Shown: positions 11,357-23,800 of the stretch, in pieces
Numbering within the stretch: position 1 is the first letter of the stretch
Layout: each line of letters begins with the position of its first letter
NCBI GenBank assembly: GCA_002269645.1
Contig: NIVC01003859.1
Coordinates: 1 to 64,000 of the forward strand
Direction of reading: 5' to 3'
DNA from: Macrostomum lignano
Taxonomy: Eukaryota
Length of the DNA stretch: 64,000 bases
Made by a program: the position numbers and the translations under genes
The notes under the pieces: model-generated
What the model was told of the DNA's origin: nothing
Databases searched by the model: none
The model's input: the letters and a program-made list of their open reading frames with translations, nothing else

Positions 11357-14249
11357 GACGACTCACCGGACCAGTTCTATAACGTATGATGAAGTAAACA
11401 TCATACGTTATAGAACTTTCGCAAAGGTCACTACAGTAGTATCAACAAGTTTTATTCTACATTTAAATTCATTTCTTATCTTGCTTTATTGTCGAACTAC
11501 TTTCGGTACGTCATTTTCATTTACCTAGTTGGTGCACTTACAGAAAACATAGAAACATTAAATGCCGTTTCTTGTCCTCAATAAACGTTGGAAAAAGTGA
11601 GCAGCAGACTAGTTGCAGAATTTTATAGCCGGACATGGCATATTTGACAATTTGCAGCTGCTCTGGCTTGTTTACTGCCTTTTCATAAATCAACAGCAAT
11701 GGTGAAAGTGAATCTAATCCTTCTCTCTCTCTCTCTCTCTCTCTCCCATAATGTTAATGTTTGATTTGTTGTTAATATGGACTTTTAAAATCCCCCGTGT
11801 CTTAAATAAAAAAACGAATAATTTTTTAAGTTATGATTTCCATCAAAATGCAATTAATTAATGTTTTAAAAACATTTAAACTCAATAAATTATTTATTCT
11901 CTTATCAAATAGAATCCAACTCTAGAATATTTTTCAAGGAAGGAATACTAACTATCCTTAATATTCAATATGCATGATAATAAAGCAGTGCATTACTTTT
12001 TCAATTTAGAGAATCTAACAAGGAAATAAATATAATTTAGTACAGTACCATTGTAAGCAAAAAACCATAAGCTTACAGGTACAATTTTTTGTAAAGATAG
12101 ATACAGCTGAAAAATTAAAATTTGACAAAAGAATACCACAAACACTAAAAATGGGGAGAAAAAGTATAACAAACATTGGCATTAATAAAAAAGTAATAAA
12201 TATTGCAGTTGAGCAAATGAAATTAGCAATTAAACAATGCAATGAGTTAAATGATAAATAACAAAGAAATGCTAAATAACATCTAGCAATGTATATTAAA
12301 GCAATTGAAGTGCACTCTGAGTTGAAAGGCTTACAACTCATAAAGTACAGTTTAAATGCAATGTAACTTTTTATTTATTTGTAACTTTATAACAATAGAA
12401 ATCATTACCATAAGCAATTGTATGAAAAGTTGCTATTAATAGTCTTATGTACTTTATCTCTACTCTAAGAGCTAACTTTCTATAAATATATATGATTCCT
12501 TGTATAAAATTAGGGATTCTTTAAAAAATTCATGCTGCAATATGCATATATCACACTCTTGACCCAAGAAAATTATTGAAAGTGGTCAACCAATTAGCAC
12601 AAAAAAATTATAGACAGGGCTGTAATGGTGCAAGTGGTGTTTCGGCACACCACTTAAATTTAAATTTAAATTTTTGGAGCAGTTACACTAAAGAAAATTA
12701 TTATTTTATAAAATTAAGAGAGGCTAATAAAATTAGTAGGGCTTGAATTGAATAATATGCTGTGAAGACTCAAACTTGTAAGCCAAGAAGGCTAGAATTA
12801 GGGTTAGCAATTAGGCAATTAGGCAAACTATAGACATTAAGGAATGTGTAGGTATTAAATAAATAAATCATGCAGGTGCTAATAGTAGCTTAAAACCTAT
12901 CACTTGGTCCCTTAGAATGCCATAATTCTGGACATTAGAATTAAAAAATAGTGTTTTACTGATTGGAAACTTGTTCTTATTGGAAAACTTCTCATAAATA
13001 TAGAAATATTACTATAAACAATACTAATAAATTTGCCTATTAAAACTTTGTGGCATTTGTAGGATTTTAGAAGAAGGAAGTATACCCTGCAACATATGTG
13101 CAGAATATTTATGTGCTAAAGGATTTTGGTCTGAAATAAATGACAATAATTGTTATGTGAAGATGGTTTATATGTTGTTTATTCAAAGCATCACATACAA
13201 CTTTTCAGTAAAAAGACTTCTTGGTCTGTAAGGTAGATTTTTTACTTATATGCTTGCATTTTTTAACTCATAATTTAAATGATTAGCACAATTTCTTAAA
13301 TATCAAGACTTGGCAAATTATTCATAATAATAAAGGTTTTCTTAAAAGGATTGTATATAAAGAAGAGACTGTAATTTGAACTTTCACTGAGTAGCTATTC
13401 CTTTTTTGTTGGTTGAAATCATACAAAAAGTAATTAAACTAATAAAAGAAGAAGCTTGGAAATTATTAATTTAATCATCATCTTACAAAGTAAAAAAAAC
13501 TTTTTGGGTGCAATTTTTTCATCAAATAATCTGCCAATGTATTAACTTTTTTAATATAGAAATACTTGCTTGCAAATTTGAAATATCCAAAGTTCGTTCT
13601 TCATGAAGTAATCCTAACAAAATAAGTTGTGGTTTTTTTATAAAAGCAGAATGCTTCATCATTTTATGGAAAATTGAGTTCTGACTATTAGTTTGATCAT
13701 TTCATATATCAGGCATATTTAGCATTAAATCGGTACGCCTGTAGTACAGAACCTTCGGGGTAGTAAAATCACAGTGTAATAGCATTGCAAGCTGCAGTTT
13801 TTGCATGTGCGATTATTTTAAAAAATCGAATGCCAAATTCAGGACATGTACAAAAAACGATAATACAAAGAATATTTAACAAATCATCTATCACGAAAGC
13901 AAGGATGTCATTTCTATTATTATCAATTTTTTAAAATTATTTAAAAGTAACTCCGCAGGTTTATTCTGCATTTTCATAACTAATTTTGTTATAAAAAAGG
14001 GTGTCCAATGTATCCAATGTGCCAGCTTTTATACACACCCGTTAAATGGGTTAAATTAAATTATTTTGACATAAAATTTGAAACAAACAAACAAAAGCAA
14101 GTTTATTAAAGATTTAAAATGAGTCTTAGGTCTTAAAGGGAGTATTACACCACATTGTAATATGTCAACCAGTACAGAAAGTTGCTAAAGCTCTCTTTTT
14201 GGATAGAGTTAGTGCCAGAAAAACTCGCCGAGGTGGAAACCCGTCAAAA

Positions 14250-17200
14250 GGGTGATTCTCATCGAGAGGTTTCGGAGGTTTTGAGGTTTTTCAGAGGTTT
14301 CATTTCAAACAAATATTTTCGCGCAAAATTTTTAATTCTGCACAAAATTTGAAAGGTTACTAAAATTTAGTAATGAATACAATTTTTCTTTAGAAAATAG
14401 CTCGAAGGTTTCGGATTCTTTTCAATTTTGCTTGTGATAGGTACGCGCGGAAATTATTTAACTATTTTTATACAGTGTTTTTAAAAATACACTACACACG
14501 ACACTGTTAATGTCCTCGTTCCCATTGGCTTTCGCCATTCACTATTTAATGTGCATGAATAAAATAAAAAACTTAGACAAAGGCGCTGCTTGAAATCTCA
14601 TAAAACATAGACAGCTGTTTCACCCATTTTTCCGTTTTTACTTTTGAATGCTGCCATTTTGTATTCGAATTATGTTATGACATTGACGTACTGCATGCAT
14701 ACTACACACATAAGTAAATAGCAGCAGTATTGCTGTCTCAATGTTTTTTTATAAATATCTAAGTGCCTGGAATTACAAATATGCTTCTTCTAGCAAAGCA
14801 TTTTACTTTTAATGATAAAATTTATTTTAATTACTAAAAACTGTTAGATTTTCTCTTATAAATAACACTAGTTACCTTGCACAACTGTTCCTGCTGACCA
14901 AAGCGCTAACACTTTAAAATTAGTTCTTTTACAAACAAAATGTTTGCAGTAAGACTTTGTATTTTGTACATGCATTGCACCACCTTTGTTCGATGCTAAT
15001 CTATTTTGAGCAATAAGCTAGATAGCTGATACCAGTAGTTTTATTAGAGTTAAAACTAAAAAGTCATCAGACATAGTTTTTGGCATTATTTATTCGAAAA
15101 TAATATAATAATATAATATAATTTAATATAATATAATATAATTTCTTAAATTTTTAATGTGTTTTCTTCTTTAAAGATTGCAAGAGCAAATGCACAGGAA
15201 AATCATTGTTTATTAACATTTAAAATTGTTTATGAAAAGTTATAGATGAAAGTATTCAATACCTTTTATTTCAACATGATTTGTTTCTGCTGCCAGCACC
15301 AAAGCCTAAACTACTACTTGCCTGGTCTCCTGCCTGCATTCTGAGCCTATTTACTAAGCTGTGTACAGGCCAACAATGCTTCATGTTTGTCTAACCTAAT
15401 AACAGGCATTATGGCATTCCATGTCCTATACCCACTTGTCGCAACTCGGTGCACCTAGCTCGCCACCCTTAGAGTTGTGGCAGACTGGTTGCTTTTGAGG
15501 TGGCAATTGGTTTGGTTATCAGCATACAGAAGATGGCTGTGCTAACCACAGCCTAGAGGCTAATCTACTGCGAACTGCCTTCAAGATGAGTGACCGAAGT
15601 TCTTCAACTGCTTGCTGGCCAACACAGGTGCTCCAGCCTTTGTTTTTGCAGGCATCGTCTTTCATATGCATTAACTCCCAAATTTAAGAACTTCACTTTC
15701 ATCTGAGTAAATAAAAAGACAAGTCTTATATTCTCTCATGTACAGATTGGAAATGTGAACTTTTAAAGTGTTTTGATTTGTGTTTTGTGTTTTGATTAGT
15801 GTATAGTGTATTTATGCAATGTAACAGCAATGTATGGATAAATTTTGTATACATACTGATATTTAAAATAGAAAATGCTCCTTTGTTTTTGAAATGCATT
15901 CTTGTAATGTTCAATGTTTTAAAAAATGTAAGGCCTGAAAAAATAAGGCAAGGCCAAATTGGCAACCACCATGATGCTCATCAGCTTGGATCAAGCTTGC
16001 GCAGTTGGCCTACGCTGACTGACATTTGGATTATCTATCAGACTCAGAGTCTCGCCGCACTAAACCCTTCAAAAAACGTTAGCCAGCCTTTTTGAGATGC
16101 AGCATAGCATTCCAGGTTCAATGGGCATGTCTATGAAAATTGCATCATAAATTGTCAAGACCACCAAGGTGAGACCTCAATATTAGGCTGAGGAACATGG
16201 GCGATGCTTCTCAGTGCGCGATTTCCGTTAAGGTCAGCAAAGTGCAATCGGGCAGCCGCATTATGTCAGTTGTAGTGAGTTCCATTTGGATGAGTAACAC
16301 TTAGCTGTTGCTGCTGCTGCTGGACAAAAATGATTGGCGCGAGTTCTCTTGGCACAATTCCCGCAGGGCAATCAGGTGGGCTCTAAATTCCTCTCCAAGC
16401 TTGGCACCAGCATGCCTGACATTGCTTTTCATGGCCTCCAATTGAGACTATCGAAACAGTTGATGCTGGAAGCCCAAAAATTCGACAATGGGACTTGGGT
16501 GCTGCAATGATGAGCAACAATGCTGAAGTTGAGCCGCATCAAAATGTCCTGTAGTTATGGGTAATAGTGAAATGAGGAATTTTATCTGTCTAATCATTGG
16601 AATGAACTTCCCTGAAAGGTCATGCTATAACTTTTGCTGAAAATTGCGCCATTAGGAATTTAGGGACACTAGCCATGTAACATGTAAGAATGTCATCACT
16701 TGCCTCAACCATTGGCTACCCTTGATCCTCACATATTGGAAAGATAGCATTATTTAGAAAATTTACTCACTTGGTGCAGTCAAGTGTAGTGAAGACCTTG
16801 GGGTGTCAAGAAAGACATTTGGTGGATTAATTTAATTGGCCTCTAGAAGCATATCATATTGTGCAATGGCGTTTTAGCAGGCCAATGCTTAGCACAAATT
16901 CCCATAGAGTTTGATGGGCTCTGGGAAGATGGCATGATTGATCAAATAAAATACAATGTTAGTCTTATATACAAGCAAGTACTAAGCATCACAAGAAAAT
17001 CTAAATATTTATAGCCTTCTCCCTAACATGGTTTGAATAAAGCATTTCATTGGCATGATAATTACTGAAGTACATGTAAATAATAAGATAATATATTGGT
17101 TTAATATTAAAACAGTTAACTTATAAAATAATAAAATTATTATTGAATAAAAATGTGATAACTAGGCATACATAAGTAGGAGCTACTATATAATATGAAT

Positions 17201-18123
17201 ATTTGCATTAAAAGACAAAGACTAAAACAAGTTACTAAAATATAAGATAATTAGAAATTTTACTCACCTATAACAATGTAAATTATAACTGAATATAAAT
17301 AGCTATTAATAAACTATATTTAAAATTTAAATTGTAAAAAATTCAGATCATTAGAGCCTTCAATTTTATAGGTAGAGGTAGAGCAGTAAAATGAATAAAT
17401 TTTGCCACTTTCAAAGTTTTGTGAAGGAGATTTTCCCTAGGATTAGAGACCTAGGTAATAAAGATTTTTATGCTATGTGCAGTGTGTTAGGATTTAGGAT
17501 AATGATGTAAAAATAAAAAATATGCTTGTAAAGTAAAATGTAAAATAATAATATTAAATAATTGAAATATATTAAAATATAAAATTATTATACATTCTAG
17601 ATGACTAGTTAAATGGTTAGGGCTTTTTTATGACTAGGTCTATATTATTAGTAGGGCTGGCTTAAAAATTGATAGCTTTCTAACCAAAGACTAAGTCAAA
17701 AACAATATGAAATTTGTATAGGTAAATAGTGTCTGTATTTAATCACATGGACAGGTCTAGTAAAAATTAAAATTAGGATAGTTACGAATATGCATTGAAA
17801 AGGAACAACACACATTTGCGAGTATTCGCAACTTTGGGCTAATGAAATGAAAAGAAAACAATATGAAAATAATGCATAAAATGACATTACTAAGTCTTCC
17901 CTTAAAAACAGTTAAATAATTTCCGCGCGTACCTATCACAAGCAAAATTGAAAAGAATCCGAAACCTTCGAGCTATTTTCTAAAGTAAAATTGTATTCAT
18001 TACTAAATTTTAGTAACCTTTCAAATTTTGTGCAGAATTAAAAATTTTGCGCGAAAATATTTGTTCGAAATGAAACCTCTAAAAAACCTCAAAACCTCCG
18101 AAACCTCTCGATGAGAATCACCC
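14250..18123. mobile_element. Non-autonomous MULE-like element, ~220-bp TIRs, 3.9 kb
   Basis: 14250-~14470 is a near-perfect reverse complement of ~17902-18123 (GGGTGATTCTCATCGAGAGG...). The 9-bp flanks ccgtcaaaa / aagtcaaaa match 7/9, consistent with a decayed 9-bp TSD. No transposase seen. Confidence 0.6.
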
Positions 18124-18569
18124 AAGTCAAAATGGTTGTCACTGGTACCATGCTGACTACAAAACTTTGCCTTCATGTGGGCCCAGGTGCCTTCAATGGT
18201 ATTTGTGTGCACAGTTGGGTCTGAGTTGACTATTAAATGATAGGTTGTCAGCCAATACATAGTCGACTCAGCATCAACTATTAACAGCACCAGATTGCAT
18301 GGTGACTGATCTCAAGGTCACAGGTCAGCCAATGGCTGCAAATTGGTAGAAGGTACAATATTATAAGCACTTGAGGTCATCTGGCCATGATTTACGCTGA
18401 ATATAATGAAAATCGGGTCAAAATAATTTTACATGAGAAACTAAGACATTGCCTAAATGTTAAATATGAGTATAACTATAATTGTAGTATTTGACTAAAA
18501 TTTAACAACTTTGTGGTATAGACAGTTGTATACCATACCATGCATGCAGTTATTCCAATATGGTGTAAG

Positions 18570-19176
18570 ACCAAGATGGCCACACACCAAGATGGCCACA
18601 CACCAAGATGGCCACAACATTGAATATTTATTATATCTACTCTCTTTTTCTATCTATCATTAATTAGCAATATAATAGGCCTATATTAAATTATTTTTGT
18701 TTAATCAATTATATTCATAAATACTGATACAATAATAGATTTGAAACTAATTAGGCCTACTTATAATACAAAACCTTTAATCTTTTTAGTGTCTGTGCCA
18801 ATTTATTCTCTATCATCACATCTATCAAATCTATCATGATCTGTTTATTAAGAAACTATTGCTAATGGTAATGCTAGCTATGCAAATAATTAGGATAAAT
18901 ATGTGAATGTCATAGGGTATTTATTTTGTGCTAGGTTACTACTCTCTTCATATAGTAGATAAATAGATAGGCCTCTATAGGTCAGGCTACAATAAAAGCT
19001 AGGCTTAAGTCCAAAGGAAATGATTATATTTATAATACAATTCTAGATATAATAATATCTATTTTCCTAATTACTAGGCTAAAAAAGGAAAGGAGTTAAA
19101 TATATGTATCTAGTCTTATTATTATCTATTTAGACATTTAGAGCTATGGCCATCTTGGTATGTGGCCATCTTGGTC
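18570..19176. repeat. Small inverted-repeat element built from ACCAAGATGGCCAC units
   Basis: Three 16-bp tandem copies at 18570-18615 and two inverted copies at 19147-19176 around an AT-rich interior. Confidence 0.55.
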
Positions 19177-20806
19177 ATGCAGCCATTAGACTAAAGCACA
19201 ATTAATATCATTTGGTAAAGGAATAGTGAAAATCAGTTCAGCTTTTTGGCCTTGAAAGATAACCAGGCCCAACTACAAATGTAAGCAAGATTTTGGTGTA
19301 TTAGACTAGGCCCTAGCTAAGGGAAATAGTTTGCTAGTAAATAAAAAGTAATTATTTCTTACCTCTTATACTAACTGATGCTTTTCTTCTATTGTTATAA
19401 ACTCCCATGGTGCCACTAAGTTGTTGCAGGTTTAATTTGTTTTTTTTGCTTAAGAGAATTCTGCAGATGTCACAAATGATATTTAATGCATAATACCTAA
19501 TATCCTACTAATCTTGGCCTCTCTAGTCTTTGTATATTCTTACTTAGGTCTCTCAACCTCAATGTCAAGGATCTTCAGAGACTACTATAACAATAACTAA
19601 GTCTTGCAAAGAAATTTTCAACCTTAGAAAATTTTCTTTCTTAAACAGATGACTATAGACTATAGAGTAAGAGAACTCAAGTGATTAAAACAAAAAACAG
19701 TAATAGAAATGGTATATTTAATTTTTTGGCCAGGTAGGGCCTTTGTATACATTTTAGGGTTATACACTATTGGCTACAGTAAGTTTAAACAAATTTGATG
19801 ATTAAAAAAAAATTCTTGTATTTTAAACAAAATTTTTGACTGTTTCTGATTGGTTTAAAATATTAAAGAAAACTTTGGCTCTTAGTAAAGCCTACCTACT
19901 TAAAGTAGAAACAAATGAGCATATGAGTAAAAATGCCCCTATTACTTTCATAATTATTATGCAATTGTTATGCAATTTAAAGCAAATATTTATCTTGGTA
20001 TCCACAGCTATTTTCTTATCAGTTAATTGGCTCTGCTCTGATGCATTGGTTATGAGTCTCCTTTGTGTGTATATTGAACAATAAAATCTGGCTTAGATCA
20101 AATTAAATTCAAAAAGCTAGTTTAACATATTTTTTCAAATATTTGATCTCTTTAGCAATGATTTAGAGATTATTAAAAATATGTAGGCCAATTTGGGCAC
20201 ATTTGACATCTATTGAGCCATTCTTTAAGGAATTCTTAAAGGAAGGAAAGGTAAAGGAATGGTGAAAATCAATTGATTCATTCTTTAGATAATTAATTAC
20301 AAACATATAAGCAAACAAGCAAGATTTTCATTTTTTGTATATTAGATTAGAAGAAAAAGATGTGTGTATATTTATATAAGCTTATGTTTTATTATATGTA
20401 TTACACCCTATTGCAGCCAACGGGCATTGTTATAGATAGCATTTGGCACAGATTGGCCCTAGTAATGTAGGCATAGTCTGGTTTAGGGAAGGGGGTATCT
20501 AGTGTGGTTTAGACTTGGCTACAATAGGGGTATGACACATTGGCATTAAAGTTGCATTTGAAGGACCTGCAAACCATTGCTTCTTCTTTAAAATCTCTGT
20601 TTAACTTCAGTTACTTTAGCAACAGGGTTCGATTCCAAGTTCAGTTGCATTAATTTGGGGCTAAATTGGTCTCTTGAAATTGCTTATTGCCTGTTTCATT
20701 ATTAGAAAATCACAAGATGATAACTTTTGCTCTGCTTCTGTTCAATTATTCTCAATTTACCATATACTACACTCATAAATTTCTAACAAACTTTGTGCAT
20801 GCACTC

Positions 20807-23800
20807 ATGAACAAAATTCTAAGCTGTGCTTGTCGACCTAAGAAGTCGGTGGAGATCCGCACACTTGACTTCCGAAATCAGCACCTAGCGGAGGTTCCCG
20901 CAGATGCCTTCAAAAACGAAGCAACGCTCGAGGTCTTGCTGCTTGATCACAACAAGCTGACAGAACTGAGAAAGGTTGGACTCCAGTTTAAATTTTGGCA
21001 GCTTGTAGTTTATCATGTAGCATGTTTGTAATCCATTGACGAAATTCTCTGAGTCCGTTTTTTCCACAGGAGCTGTTCTGCTGCCGCAGTCTGTTCAAGC
21101 TGTCTCTTTCCAACAATTGCCTCCAGTGCCTGCCCCCAAGCATTGGGAGCTTGTGCAACCTTGGCGAGTTGAGTCTGAAGAACAACAGTAAGTTGAACTA
21201 GACTGCCTTAGGTGAGATAGCATCAGTGAATTTTGCCACCTACTGTGTTCATTTCAGGCTTGGTGGAGCTGCCGGATGAAATCAAGGCCTGCAAATACCT
21301 GCACACTTTAGATCTAAGCGGTAACTTGTTTGAAGTGTAAGTCATGGCCAATGAGTGCAAGTTCAGCATATTGCTCAAAGCATTGTGACCTAAATACCAG
21401 CCTATATATTGTAAGAGCCGAGAATTTAGAGTAAGTTTACGAAGTATATTTTGATGCACGATAATTTACGAGCGATTAAATAGTCAGCGATGATAGATCG
21501 ATTAAAGTGACTCACCCAACTGGGGTGGTGGGCATGTACAGAGAAGAAAGCGAGATGCAAGTACATATACTAATAGAGCAGCCCCCACCCCGACGGCCCA
21601 AACCAAACGCAACCCTACATCACTCTCCCCCAAGAAAAATACATGGGATAAAAAAACGGGATAAAACAAAAGCAAACAAAAAAAGTTCATGCAACGCGAA
21701 AAAAGTCCCGATCAGAAAAAAGCACGTCAACAGGTCGCCGTGTAAAAATCCGGCCGCCGGCGCTGCCTGCCCGACCGGCGCACCGTGTTGCCGGGTTCAG
21801 CCGCGTCCAGGTTGCGCAGCGGCTCCCAGGCGTCCGGGCCGGCCAGCTGGCCCGCGGCGTCCTCGACGCTCTGACAGTCGTCCTCGGTGGCCGGCTTGGC
21901 TGGCGGCCTGCCGCTCAGATTCGGTCGGTCGATAAAGCGCTTCAAGCGGTCGTGGTGGACCAGCAAGCGGCGCCTGCCGTTCACAGCCTGCAGCCGGTAG
22001 TTCACAGGGCTGACCTTCTTAAGGACGATGAACGGGCCGGACCACCGGCTCGACAGCGACTTGCACTGGCCGCGCTTCATCGCATGGTGCGTCAGCATCA
22101 CTCGGTCACCGGTCTTGAAGTCGGTAGTCTCTGCCCCTAGGTTGTAGAACTCGTGCTGCGATTTCTGGGCCGTGTGCAGGTGCGCCCGCACTACCTGAAA
22201 GCCGCGCCTGATTCTCGCCTGCAGGTCCGCGCAGTCCTGCGGCTGGTCGCGCTGCCCACCGAGTGCCAAGTCGACCGGCAGTCTGGGCTCGATGCCGCGT
22301 AGCACTTTGAACGGCGACTCGCCCGTGGAGCTGTGCTCAGAGCTGCTGTAGGCCCACACGACATAGGGCAGCAGGGCGTCCCAGCTGGCCTGATTCTCTG
22401 AGCAGAATGCGGAGAGCATGTTGCCCAGCGTCCTATTGAACCTCTCGACGTTCCCGTTGCCGCTGGGGTGAAACGGTGAGGTCCTCGATTTTTCTGCTCC
22501 GAGCAGCGCGCAGGTCTGCTTGAAAACTTCGGCCTCAAACTGGCGACCTTGGTCCGAGTGCACGACCCCCGGAACTCCGTGCCGCAGCACCACACAGGTC
22601 ACCAGAGCCTCGGCTACCGTCGTGGCGTCGATCTGGCTGAGGGCCGCCGCCTCCACCCACTTTGAAAATGGGTCGACAAAGCAGATGATGTAGCGCTTGC
22701 CAGACTCGGTGACTGGCAGTGGCCCTTGATGTCGAGTTGCATGACAGCCCACGGCTTGGCCGGTAGCGGCTGCCGCACCAGCTCAGCGCGCGCTCGCTTT
22801 GGCGCTCCCTTGCGTCGTTGGCAGACCAGGCAGCTCCGCACCCAGTCCCGCACGTCCTCGCGCATGTCCGGCCACCAGGAACGCTCGCGCAGAGCCCGCA
22901 GCACCCGCCGCTGACCGAGGTGACCCGCGCTCGGCCGGTCGTGCGCCTGTTGCAGCAGCTCCGCTCTCATGTGCTGGGGGATCACCGGCAACCCGTTGTG
23001 GAGCAGTGCGCCGTCCGGTGACAGCGTCAGACAGGGCAGCAGCTTCAGGACCGATGCACTCACCGCCGCCGGAACTTGAAAGTTGGGCTGGAGCATCGCG
23101 TGCCGAACCGCGTGCAGAACCTGGTCCTGGTCCTGCTCGTCAGGCAGATTAGCGATCTGGAACTGCACCGCCGCTGCTCGGCTGAGGGTGTCTGGCACGA
23201 TGTTCTCCTTGCCGGGCCGGTACAGGATTTCCAGGGGGAACTCCTGAATGAGCTGTAGCCAACGTGCCAGCCGACCGGTTGGCTCCTTCGCGTTGAGCAG
23301 CCCAGTGATCGGCTTGTGGTCGGTGAACACCTGGATCTTGCAGCTGTTGCTCAGGTACATGCGGAACTGCTTGAGGCTCCAAACAATCGCGAGCAGCTCC
23401 CGGTCCGTGGTGCTGTAGTTGCGCTCTGCCTTGCTCAGCGTCCGGGAAGCGTAGGCCACTGGCAGCTCCTGGCCGTCGCGCTCCTGGCTGAGCACCGCTC
23501 CCAAGGCCACAGCACTGCTGTCACAGCTGATGACGATAGGCCGGCTGAAGTCGGGCAGCTGGAGCACCGGGGCCTGGGTCAGCGCGTCCTTCAACTTGTT
23601 CAGCACCGCAGCATGCTCTGACGTCCACACGAAGCCGCCGCCCGCGCCTTTCTGAGCCAGGTGATGCAGCGGTTTGGCAATGTCAGAGAAGTTGGGCACG
23701 AACCTGCGGTAGAAGCTGAGCATGCCGATGATGCGTCGAACATCCTCCTCAGACTGCGGCTCCGGCATCCGCCTGATCGCCTCGACCTTCTCCGCGGCAG

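Larger units (their letters stand above)
3649..11435 (-). mobile_element. Degenerate Ty3/Gypsy LTR retrotransposon with ~3 kb nested insertion and collapsed 5' LTR
   Basis: TG...CA termini with 4-bp TSD GTAG (3645-3648 and 11436-11439). 3996-4040 matches 11391-11435 with 1 mismatch. gag and PR-RT-RH-INT order; purine run (gggggactgt on - strand) abuts the 3' LTR. Confidence 0.85.

Noticed and set aside
12647-12672. 9-bp stem hairpin aagtggtgt/acaccactt
   Set aside because: Too short to distinguish from chance or a MITE scrap.
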